Below, piece after piece: positions 18,216 through 26,289 of a stretch of DNA of 42,500 bases. The stretch comes from a virus. Lineage: Duplodnaviria > Caudoviricetes. Under the pieces are notes generated by a model. The model made no database searches. It was given only the letters and a program-made list of their open reading frames with translations, and was not told the origin of the DNA. Location: IMG/VR virus record IMGVR_UViG_3300038415_000202, positions 1 through 42,500 of that record; one strand, written 5' to 3'. Every line of letters begins with the position of its first letter. Position 1 is the first letter of the stretch. A program made the translations under genes and the position numbers.

Positions 18216-18728
18216 TTACTTTACCTCATGTGCGAGATTCTCTTCTCGAGGTATGTATACTATCTCCAACTTAATACCAGATTTAAGTTCTTCCCATTTC
18301 TCAATACCTAATAGAGCAGATTCTTTATACAGACCTGTCTTTACCTGAAATTCTCCCAGAACCTGTTGTACTAGCATCATTGAGTCTGACTTTACTAAGA
18401 TTGACAGTTGACTTCTTGGTAATGTAAAAAAGGGCATATTACCTTTGATATAATCCAGAAGTGAAATTAGAGCCCCCCACTCTGCAACATTATTAGAGAA
18501 TTGAGGACCTGAGCCTAATACATTAGATTCAGAATGCTTCTTCTGTAGTGTAGGTCCGGTATGGTCAAATAGTATGAATTTTGAAACTGCAGTTCCACCT
18601 GGGTTCTTTGGAGCACAAGAACCATCTATATAGGCTACGTAATTATACTTCTCTTCCATAAAATCCTTTGCCGTTCCAGTTAAAGTCATGCCTTGGTCTA
18701 GATAACCTGTTACAGTTATTATTGCCAT
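18216..18728 (-). CDS. Ribonuclease HI-like protein
   Basis: YIDGSC, NPGG, NNVAEWGAL, SDSMMLVQQV, IPREEN; last catalytic Asp not evident. Confidence 0.85.
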   Translation of the reverse strand: MAIITVTGYLDQGMTLTGTAKDFMEEKYNYVAYIDGSCAPKNPGGTAVSKFILFDHTGPTLQKKHSESNVLGSGPQFSNNVAEWGALISLLDYIKGNMPFFTLPRSQLSILVKSDSMMLVQQVLGEFQVKTGLYKESALLGIEKWEELKSGIKLEIVYIPREENLAHEVK

Positions 18729-18875
18729 ATTTACTCTCTATCTATGTCTAAGATAATAAAAGACCGCAAATCCAACTGAACCTATTAAAACTACTGCCCC
18801 TGCAAAATGAGGTGAGAAGTAGGCAAGTAATAGAACTGGAATTGCTAAGAGAAAAAGGAATTTCTTCATACTATC

Positions 18876-19349
18876 TCAATGTAATGGAATACCAAAGTAA
18901 TCTATACCTCTTTTACCACATCTATAACATTCAAAGTAGACCCGATTATTAAATACTTCAGGATTCCTTAACCAATGAATCTCTCCACCGCAAGTACACT
19001 TTAATTCTCTAAACTTACCACTTAATTTAGAAGGTCCTGGTATTCTGTTTAATATACTTTGGATATCAGATAAATTCTCTTTAGTATATTCTATCTGATG
19101 TTTCTTATTCAGGTAACTCTGGCAGAGGAGGGTGGGAAGACCTTGATAATCACCAGGATCTCCACAACCCACTACTTGTTGTTTGCAGGTGGAGCAGACC
19201 AGCAAATCGACAGGAATCCGGATTTGTTGTCCACCCTCCTCTATCAGAATCACCTGACTTGAATCACTTGGTTCGAATTGTAAAAAGGTTAGTATCTCTC
19301 CTGTTTCTGTATCAACTACCTTGTGGGTAGGAGTATTACAAACTGCCAT
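18876..19349 (-). CDS. Zn-ribbon hypothetical protein
   Basis: CSTC, CTCGG, CYRC. Confidence 0.65.
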   Translation of the reverse strand: MAVCNTPTHKVVDTETGEILTFLQFEPSDSSQVILIEEGGQQIRIPVDLLVCSTCKQQVVGCGDPGDYQGLPTLLCQSYLNKKHQIEYTKENLSDIQSILNRIPGPSKLSGKFRELKCTCGGEIHWLRNPEVFNNRVYFECYRCGKRGIDYFGIPLH

Positions 19350-19357
19350 TACTAACC

Positions 19358-19906
19358 CTACTGTACTGATTCATTAACTTCAGCCCAACTCTGCAAGTGA
19401 TAAATTCCTTGGTCTCCAGATATGGAGAAGTAAGATAAGTTAAGGGTAATCATTTTACCTATTTCAGATTGAGGTATTGTATTAGGAGCAGATTGGTACT
19501 CAAATGCTACGTCGTAAGTATCACCATTAGTAAAAGTGTACCTGGTTCCATCATTTGCATAGGTTATTGCTTCTACAGTCTCACTCTTTAAAGTTCCGGT
19601 TACTACTTTATAAGACAACTTAGCAGGTGTTACGAAAATAAGTTTCCAATAAACTCCTAATAAAGAGAAACAGATAATACCTATAATTGAGACTATTATA
19701 TAAGGTACCAATTTAGAATTAGGTTTTCTTTCCCTATAGGTCTTTTTACGAATAGCTTCTGGAGTAGCAGAAGTAGGAACTGGAGAAGTATCTTTACTCC
19801 TAGTTACTCCTACATCTGACTTGGAACTAACTGGTGTACCCCAGAAATTTTTGTCGCCAGAACTTCTGTTATCTTTGTTCCTCAAAAGGTTCCAACTTTC
19901 TCCCAT
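19358..19906 (-). CDS. Single-TM membrane protein
   Basis: Central hydrophobic helix. Confidence 0.65.
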   Translation of the reverse strand: MGESWNLLRNKDNRSSGDKNFWGTPVSSKSDVGVTRSKDTSPVPTSATPEAIRKKTYRERKPNSKLVPYIIVSIIGIICFSLLGVYWKLIFVTPAKLSYKVVTGTLKSETVEAITYANDGTRYTFTNGDTYDVAFEYQSAPNTIPQSEIGKMITLNLSYFSISGDQGIYHLQSWAEVNESVQ

Positions 19907-20228
19907 TTAGGTAAATATCACATTCCAAAGTTTTCTTAGGTAACTTTTGCCTTGACTGCTCTAGTAATAGAATAAATAGTCTACCCATTTTACTATAACT
20001 ACCATTCCTTCTATAAGGAAGTAGATATTCTAAATTTGGATCCATTATACCCCAAGTAGTTTTGAAGTTAATCCATTCCAAAGATTCAACAGCTCTTAGA
20101 GAGCTTCTAGGATTTATGTATCTAGTATAGATTCTTTCCTTATTCCTCTTGGAAAATTCAGACCACATTAAAAGAGAAGGTGCAGACATTCTTGAACCCA
20201 TTCTTCCTTCATAAGTAATTATTGTCAT
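19869..20228 (-). CDS. Hypothetical protein, possibly a degenerate P-loop ATPase remnant
   Basis: N-terminus MTIITYEGRMGSRMS resembles a decayed Walker A. Confidence 0.45.
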   Translation of the reverse strand: MTIITYEGRMGSRMSAPSLLMWSEFSKRNKERIYTRYINPRSSLRAVESLEWINFKTTWGIMDPNLEYLLPYRRNGSYSKMGRLFILLLEQSRQKLPKKTLECDIYLNGRKLEPFEEQR

Positions 20229-20250
20229 TTTATTAAATTAGTAGGTCAGC

Positions 20251-20429
20251 GGTATGCAATTTGGATTAGGACGATAGTGTAACTGTTTTATTCAATTTTC
20301 TAAGGAGTGTGCTGTTCGACCCTATGTACTCGGAAATCATAGGAGGATTGGTTTTGACTTGGAACTCTAAAGAAAGGTTATTCGCATGGCGACGAATAAT
20401 TTGGGTAAGTCCAATCCAGTTCCCATACC
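20251..20429. ncRNA. Putative structured RNA (about 180 nt, multibranch)
   Basis: Intergenic; closing helices GGTATG/CATACC and TGGATT(A)GGAC/GTCCAATCCA; internal hairpins CCTATG/CATAGG, TTATTCG/CGAATAA. Confidence 0.55.
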
Positions 20430-20445
20430 TTAAGGTTTAATCTCC

Positions 20446-20949
20446 TTACTGACCTACTTTAATTCCAAACCTTGCTAAATTAGCTTCTACAGGTTGCATT
20501 GCATCCCAACCTGGTCGTACTCTTGATGCCTTTACCTTAGTAAAGATACCTCCTCTAGGAGTATACTCAGATACTACTATAATGTAGAAGGGTTCTATAA
20601 GTTCATATAGAGAATTAACTACCATTGCAGGTATCTCTTCATGGAATACTTCAGCCTGTCTATAACTTGCGAAGTACATCTTAAGGGATTTAAGTTCAGG
20701 ATTCCATTTATCTGGGAAAAGGTCTACAGTTATCTTTGCATAGTCAGGCTGAGTAGGGTTAAAAGGACACAGAGAGGTAAACTCAGGTTCACAATGCTCT
20801 ACTTCAACCTGTCCTGGATATTCATTAGGTACTCTAATTAAGAGTTCTGGCTGAGGGGAAGAAGTGAAATTAAGTTTTAGAGCTTTTACCTTCTCATATA
20901 TTTCTGCCCGGGACATACTCTGATCACCCTTAGTTGATTTGTCTACCAT
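20446..20949 (-). CDS. queF: NADPH-dependent 7-cyano-7-deazaguanine (preQ0) reductase, type I
   Basis: EFTSLCP, QPDYA, QueF motif ELKSLKMYF, FHEE, RGGI. Confidence 0.9.
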   Translation of the reverse strand: MVDKSTKGDQSMSRAEIYEKVKALKLNFTSSPQPELLIRVPNEYPGQVEVEHCEPEFTSLCPFNPTQPDYAKITVDLFPDKWNPELKSLKMYFASYRQAEVFHEEIPAMVVNSLYELIEPFYIIVVSEYTPRGGIFTKVKASRVRPGWDAMQPVEANLARFGIKVGQ

Positions 20950-21108
20950 TTAAGAAGCCTTCTTTCCTAAAGTTTTATAACTTGCCTTACAATCTTTAAA
21001 AGGACAACTAGAACAGTTAGGATGATATATACATCCAGTAGGCTTAATTACTCTTGGTCTACCTATATCAGTTCCTTTTCTTCTTGATTTACGTATTCCT
21101 GTAGTCAT
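20950..21108 (-). CDS. Small basic Cys-rich protein (52 aa, not in ORF track)
   Basis: Manual translation MTTGIRKSRRKGTDIGRPRVIKPTGCIYHPNCSSCPFKDCKASYKTLGKKAS; fills the gap between the GNAT gene and queF. Confidence 0.65.
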   Translation of the reverse strand: MTTGIRKSRRKGTDIGRPRVIKPTGCIYHPNCSSCPFKDCKASYKTLGKKAS

Positions 21109-21109
21109 C

Positions 21110-22039
21110 CTACTTTACTTCTTTACTTAATTTCTCTTGTAGAGCTTGAATCCTGAAGTATATTACCTTGGCATATAAGGCCAGGTCAAGGCATTCATTC
21201 ATTGCCTCTTCAAATGGGTCTGTCTTAAACTCTGGACCATGCTCCTTTGCACCTTTGGTCCACTTATTTTTCATTTCTAAAGTAAAAGTATCTATTCTAT
21301 TTATAGCCTCTTCTGGAGTAGAGGAGGATAGGGGAGGAAGAACATCTTCAGTAGATACCCTCTTCCATTTCCCCACAACAAAGTTGGAATAGTCACCTTT
21401 CCAGATATTCATGAAGGTATAAACCTTCTGGCCTTCTACTTCAAATCCTTCTCTGATACAGAAATCTCTTACAGGTGAATTTAAGGAAAACCAAATCCAA
21501 ACTTCATCGAAGTTTTCCTTCTGGTAATCAACCAGTGCCTTCATTGAACCTTTACCTGGGCATGCAATCTGTGACTTTAGAACCTTTAAAGGAGGCTGAA
21601 GGAAATTTGTTAATACTCCTTCATCTACTTGTTGAAGGTTCTTTAAATATGCCAAGGTCTTAGAGTCTTGTCTACTATTAGATACAGAATGTTCAGCTCC
21701 TCCAAGTTCACCTGTCTTTGGGTCTTCAACAACTACCCATTGGTCAATATACTTAGAAATAAGATTTGCATCCAAACCATAAGGAGGTACAACATCTTTA
21801 ACTGGAATAGATAATTCGGCTATTTCGGGTACGTCACCTAATTCTGCAGGACGAACTTTCCAATTTATCCATTCAGACTGGTTCACTTGTGATTCCTGGA
21901 AAGCTTTAACAGTATCTTTAGATTTAGAATGGAGGTCCCGATTAACTTTATTAATTTCCCTACCCAGTCTTCTATCATTTTTTGGCATAAAATCATCTTT
22001 CCTTTTAAAGACTTTACTTCCTATCCTCTGCAATTCCAT
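21110..22039 (-). CDS. GNAT-fold acyltransferase fused to a C-terminal MazG-like helical domain
   Basis: VRPAELGDVPEIAEL, PGKGSMKALVD (motif A), NSPVRDFCIREGF (motif B); C-terminal KGAKEHG...EEAMNECLDLALY. Confidence 0.65.
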   Translation of the reverse strand: MELQRIGSKVFKRKDDFMPKNDRRLGREINKVNRDLHSKSKDTVKAFQESQVNQSEWINWKVRPAELGDVPEIAELSIPVKDVVPPYGLDANLISKYIDQWVVVEDPKTGELGGAEHSVSNSRQDSKTLAYLKNLQQVDEGVLTNFLQPPLKVLKSQIACPGKGSMKALVDYQKENFDEVWIWFSLNSPVRDFCIREGFEVEGQKVYTFMNIWKGDYSNFVVGKWKRVSTEDVLPPLSSSTPEEAINRIDTFTLEMKNKWTKGAKEHGPEFKTDPFEEAMNECLDLALYAKVIYFRIQALQEKLSKEVK

Positions 22040-22856
22040 CTAGTGGTTCATAAGTCTTTCTAGTCAAGTTAGGCCATTTCATTTCCTCTTCAGTATAGGC
22101 TCCCGCCGATTTCATTGAAAGTGCCTTCCTTTGACATCCAGGACATCTATATATCTCTTTCTTAGATTTGAATCCACAAGTAGGATCCCAATAACAGTTA
22201 TAAGTTAACTTAAGATTAAGGTATTCATGTAACTCTTTGCCTACTTGCTCCTCTAATAAATCCCTGATAGGTAATAGTAGATTCATTTTACCTTCAGTTG
22301 CAACTGATAATACCATATCCATTAATGAATCAAATTCACCTGGTTTGCAACCTGGAGCCACATTCTCACTGTGAGAACCTATTGCAATATAATTGTAATC
22401 GTTTCCATGTATATAAGCCCAAGAAGCTGCTGCTCCTATAAGCATTACTTCTCTACCATTAAGATTTGCAATTCCGGGTTCTAGAGTAGGATTTAGAGAA
22501 ATGGTCGATTTTTCTACAGATTGTAAGAAGCCCTTCCAAATAAAAGGTGCCTTACTATAATACTTTAAGATAAGGTTATCTATACATCTTCTTACCGCCT
22601 GTTCCTCTAATCTTTTTGGATACTGTCCATAGTCAAAGAACAGAGGAGTTACATCAAATCCTACTGAACAAAGTCTTGCAATGCACAAAGTGGAGTCTAA
22701 ACCTCCAGTTGCCAGAACTATTACTTTAGGAGAATGAGAGTAAGCAGAAATGTAGTCTTGGGAAACTTCTTTTAAATGGTCTAGTTCTGTAGGAGGGACG
22801 CACAATCTCCTTACCTTTGGTTTTGAAGTAACTTTAACATTCTTCGGATTTTTCAC
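22014..22856 (-). CDS. Divergent QueC-like PP-loop ATPase (second copy)
   Basis: LATGGLDST, FDYGQ, GREVML, PGCKPGEF, TYNCY...CG...CPGCQRK. Confidence 0.85.
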   Translation of the reverse strand: MKNPKNVKVTSKPKVRRLCVPPTELDHLKEVSQDYISAYSHSPKVIVLATGGLDSTLCIARLCSVGFDVTPLFFDYGQYPKRLEEQAVRRCIDNLILKYYSKAPFIWKGFLQSVEKSTISLNPTLEPGIANLNGREVMLIGAAASWAYIHGNDYNYIAIGSHSENVAPGCKPGEFDSLMDMVLSVATEGKMNLLLPIRDLLEEQVGKELHEYLNLKLTYNCYWDPTCGFKSKKEIYRCPGCQRKALSMKSAGAYTEEEMKWPNLTRKTYEPLDGIAEDRK

Positions 22857-23022
22857 TTTTCACCTTCTTAACTTTTACTGGAGAATCTAAACCTTCTTCT
22901 TCACAAGCCTTAGATAAAGAATTTTCCAGTCCTTTTAGAAACTTCAGTTCTAGTCCTGAGAGTGGAACTTCTACTTCTCTAGTCTTCTTTCCTTTTATAG
23001 TAACTTTAAACTTTTGTAGCAC
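22834..23022 (-). CDS. Hypothetical protein
   Basis: Translationally coupled small ORF. Confidence 0.5.
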   Translation of the reverse strand: MLQKFKVTIKGKKTREVEVPLSGLELKFLKGLENSLSKACEEEGLDSPVKVKKVKSEKSEEC

Positions 23023-23249
23023 TAGACTTTCTCTACTTTTATAAGTCGTCCTTCTGGTAGTTTTATAGTATCTAGAACGTCTTCCTCATTAACGCAACCC
23101 AGAAGGTATAGAGGAGTAGCTCCTAGTTCCTGTATAATACCAATTACTATTCCTTCTATTCCTGTTATACTGTCTTGGAGAATATCTCCCATTTCATAGA
23201 TAGGTTTATCTTGCGCTACTATTTTCCTAACCTCGTCGTTAATACTCAT
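23022..23249 (-). CDS. Small SH3/KOW-like hypothetical protein
   Basis: GDILQDSITGIEGIVIG motif; GGAG RBS. Confidence 0.6.
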   Translation of the reverse strand: MSINDEVRKIVAQDKPIYEMGDILQDSITGIEGIVIGIIQELGATPLYLLGCVNEEDVLDTIKLPEGRLIKVEKV

Positions 23250-23260
23250 GAGTAAGTCTC

Positions 23261-23452
23261 CTATAAGGCTTCCGAAATTTGTTCGTCTAACTTAAGATTT
23301 GCTATTGCATCCTTAACCTTCAGTCTAACTTTAGCCATTATCCTATCTGACTTACAATATTTACACCTTTTAGGATAAAAAGGACACTTAGTTAAAGTAT
23401 TACAAGAATCTTGAGACTCTATAATTTCAACCTCACTTCTTAATGTATCCAA
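23261..23452 (-). CDS. Hypothetical Cys-containing protein
   Basis: AGGAG RBS, TTG start. Confidence 0.5.
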   Translation of the reverse strand: MDTLRSEVEIIESQDSCNTLTKCPFYPKRCKYCKSDRIMAKVRLKVKDAIANLKLDEQISEAL

Positions 23453-23462
23453 AGAAGTCTCC

Positions 23463-24509
23463 TTAAAGCAAAGTCTTTAGGAATGCTATATTCCAGACTG
23501 CCCTACCAACCTCAGTGTCATGATAATCTAGTACTTTAGCCAAAGGATTTACTTTCATCAGATTCAAGGTAGGGTCTTTCTTAAAAATGTATTCTGTAGG
23601 GTACCTAAGTCCATTTAGGCCTAAGAGTACTGGACCCCCTGTATCAAGTGAATCTATTCCATCTCTTGTAGGTTTATCAAAGAAGTAGAGATATAGTTCC
23701 TCTAAACTTGTTAAGCCTAGAAGGTGGATAGAATTGAAGTTTAACGTGTTCACTAAGTAATGAACTATGGCAGAACGAATCCTTGCCATCCTGTTCACAG
23801 GCTGCATTTTGCCTAAAATCAGGTCATAAGGTACTGCAAGTGAAGTGAAATTATACCCTCTTATTACATGGGCACAGTGTAATACTTCCTCTAAAGATGA
23901 ACCTTGGACTACAGGTAGTAAATCAGAACGGCCAAATGCTTCTGTTGCCTCTGGTAAGGCCTTAAGTGTCTTCTCTGAGTCTCCAAGAAAATCCTGTGCA
24001 ACCACTTTAGTAGGATTAATTAAGAAAGATGCTTGCCTCATCTCATCTAGAGAACAAGGAGTACCTTCTTCATTAACGCTCGTGTCCAAGTACTTGTATT
24101 TAGGATATGAAGTTATATAGGCAAAATTGCTGCTACCAGTAACTGGTCTCTTTAATACTTCTGCAGCTAGAGAGAAGTAGATATCCCCAAGAGGTAGTAT
24201 ATAATCTACTATAGAATCAGGACACTCTAACCCTAGTTTTATCTTTCTATGAAATTCACCTTGGTCATGAAGATAAGGAATTTTAAGTAGAGAGGCTTTC
24301 CTTGTAGGAGACTCTTTTACTGTTAGAGTAAAATCTGGGTGAAAAGTAGCTCCCCTGTCAGTGAAGTACCTTAGTCCCACACAACAAAGGTAATCTTGAG
24401 GATCAACTGGATTTCCCAGAATACTACAATTTTTCCTTCCAAGATTAAACTCTGTGCAATTTCCACATACCCACTTTTTAAGTGGAATTTCTTTTGAAAG
24501 TACTGTCAT
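23463..24509 (-). CDS. TGT/DpdA-like guanine transglycosylase (TIM barrel) with N-terminal Cys-rich extension
   Basis: LDTSVNEEG, VAQDFLGD..KT, LPVVQG, IHLLG, IDSLDT; directly downstream of folE. Confidence 0.75.
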   Translation of the reverse strand: MTVLSKEIPLKKWVCGNCTEFNLGRKNCSILGNPVDPQDYLCCVGLRYFTDRGATFHPDFTLTVKESPTRKASLLKIPYLHDQGEFHRKIKLGLECPDSIVDYILPLGDIYFSLAAEVLKRPVTGSSNFAYITSYPKYKYLDTSVNEEGTPCSLDEMRQASFLINPTKVVAQDFLGDSEKTLKALPEATEAFGRSDLLPVVQGSSLEEVLHCAHVIRGYNFTSLAVPYDLILGKMQPVNRMARIRSAIVHYLVNTLNFNSIHLLGLTSLEELYLYFFDKPTRDGIDSLDTGGPVLLGLNGLRYPTEYIFKKDPTLNLMKVNPLAKVLDYHDTEVGRAVWNIAFLKTLL

Positions 24510-24539
24510 TTAGTTATCCATAAACCTTTCTAGTACTAC

Positions 24540-25136
24540 TTATGACATTGACCGGTATTTCATAGATACTGCAAGCATAAACTCTTCTTTAACTGAAGAG
24601 CTGGTAAGGAACAGCCCCCTTAATGCAGTAGTATCTACAGTATTACTATGGGGTTGCTTTACTCCTCGGGAGAGCATGCAGGTATGAGAACCCACTACAT
24701 GTACCGCTGCACCTTTTGGTTTTAACCTTTTGAAAATATAGTCTACTAATTCTGTGGTAAAAGTTTCCTGCATTACAGGACGGTGTCCCATAATATCTGC
24801 CACTCTAGTATACTTAGATACTCCAGGTACTTTACCATCTGGAAGAATTCCGATTGTAACTAAATATTCGCATGGCAATAAATGATGTGGGCAGATTGCC
24901 CAAATTGAAGAAGGTCCTGCAACAATCATCTCTTGGCAATCATCATCAAAATCCTTGAAAACCCTACCTAGCTCCTTCTCAATCTTTTCGGGTGACCAAC
25001 AACCCAAGGTATACATTTCCATCAATCTCTCTACTGTTCCATTAAGTTGGTTAACACCTTTCCAATCCTTATAGAGAGATTGTAGTTCTCCCACAAGTAG
25101 TTTCGCCGCTGGTTCAAAATTGGGTTCGTTTGTCAT
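24540..25136 (-). CDS. folE: GTP cyclohydrolase I
   Basis: CPHHLLP, GVSKYTR, RPVMQE, HTCMLSRGV. Confidence 0.95.
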   Translation of the reverse strand: MTNEPNFEPAAKLLVGELQSLYKDWKGVNQLNGTVERLMEMYTLGCWSPEKIEKELGRVFKDFDDDCQEMIVAGPSSIWAICPHHLLPCEYLVTIGILPDGKVPGVSKYTRVADIMGHRPVMQETFTTELVDYIFKRLKPKGAAVHVVGSHTCMLSRGVKQPHSNTVDTTALRGLFLTSSSVKEEFMLAVSMKYRSMS

Positions 25137-25555
25137 TTTGTCTCCTTAAGAACTTCTCGAATTTTCATAAGTATATCTCCCAATTTGTTTTGGCCTCTAC
25201 CATTACAAACACCCCAATACTGGTCCCCCCAAGTATTACCTTCTATCAGTATCTCATTTCCAGTCTTTAGAAGCATCTCTTTTAGAGTAGGATTAGAAGA
25301 AAATTTATTTAGAACTATGTCATACATTACTTTGTACTTTATATCTTCCCATTCCGGTCTTAAAGTTAATCTTTTTCCCCTCTGTTTTGCTTCGTAAGGG
25401 TCTAACTTAGTAAACTCATTTCTAATAGAGTCTTTAATACTTTTTGCAGACTGGAATGCAGCTTCTGCATTAAGATATATCCTATCTTCATAAGTAACTT
25501 GAGTAGGATAAAAATTACTTAGGAATCTGTATTTACCTGGGAATCTATCTATCAT
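25133..25555 (-). CDS. NADAR (YbiA-like) family protein
   Basis: FLSNFY, EAAFQSAK, KF, EGNTWGDQYWG, GQNKLGDILM. Confidence 0.93.
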   Translation of the reverse strand: MIDRFPGKYRFLSNFYPTQVTYEDRIYLNAEAAFQSAKSIKDSIRNEFTKLDPYEAKQRGKRLTLRPEWEDIKYKVMYDIVLNKFSSNPTLKEMLLKTGNEILIEGNTWGDQYWGVCNGRGQNKLGDILMKIREVLKETK

Positions 25556-25565
25556 CGAAATCTTA

Positions 25566-26258
25566 TTAAGTAACTTTATACTTCAAAGGATCGGTTGCCC
25601 CAGCATCCGAAAATCCTTTCAGCCTAATTCGACAGGAGTCACATTCCCCACATGCACGACCTTGTTCATCTGGACCTTTATAGCACGACCAGGTCTTATC
25701 GTAAGGAACTCCAAGTTCAAGTCCAGTATAGATTATCTTTGCCTTGGTCATTTCAATCAGTGGAGTTATCAGACCAAATCCTCTTCCTGTCTCCACATAC
25801 TTCTTTGAGGCAAGATTCAATGACTTCTCCATGTGAGTAAGAAATTCCTGCCTACAATCAGGATAACCAGAGTAGTCAACTGCATTCATACCCGCATAGA
25901 TGAAATCTGCCTCAACTGTCTCTGCATAGGCAAACGCTAGTGCTAAGAATATACTATTCCTTTGAGGTACCCATGTTGCAGGAATAATTTTTGGATCTAC
26001 TCCTGAAGTAGGTATAGCAGAAGAGCCTACTAATGCAGATTCAACTAACCCCTTTAGTCCTACTGAAACTACTTGGAATGGAGAACAGAGTTCCTCTGCA
26101 ATCTTTCTGGCACATTGCAGCTCAAAAGAATGCTTCTGCCCATAGAGAAAGGACAGGGGGTAAATTTTTCCTTTGGCCCCCATTTCCTTGCGGGCGATGT
26201 AGGCAACGGTGGAACTGTCTAGTCCACCTGATAAAAGTACTACTGCGGATTTGCTCAT
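25566..26258 (-). CDS. queC: 7-cyano-7-deazaguanine synthase
   Basis: LSGGLDS, YGQKH, TWVPQRNSIFL, DYSGYPDCR, TWSCY, CGECDSCRIR. Confidence 0.97.
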   Translation of the reverse strand: MSKSAVVLLSGGLDSSTVAYIARKEMGAKGKIYPLSFLYGQKHSFELQCARKIAEELCSPFQVVSVGLKGLVESALVGSSAIPTSGVDPKIIPATWVPQRNSIFLALAFAYAETVEADFIYAGMNAVDYSGYPDCRQEFLTHMEKSLNLASKKYVETGRGFGLITPLIEMTKAKIIYTGLELGVPYDKTWSCYKGPDEQGRACGECDSCRIRLKGFSDAGATDPLKYKVT

Positions 26259-26289
26259 AAAACCTCCAGATAAAATATACTATTTGTTC

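Noticed and set aside
20950-21108. preQ1 riboswitch upstream of queF
   Set aside because: The interval is filled by a small ORF and no preQ1 aptamer pattern was seen.
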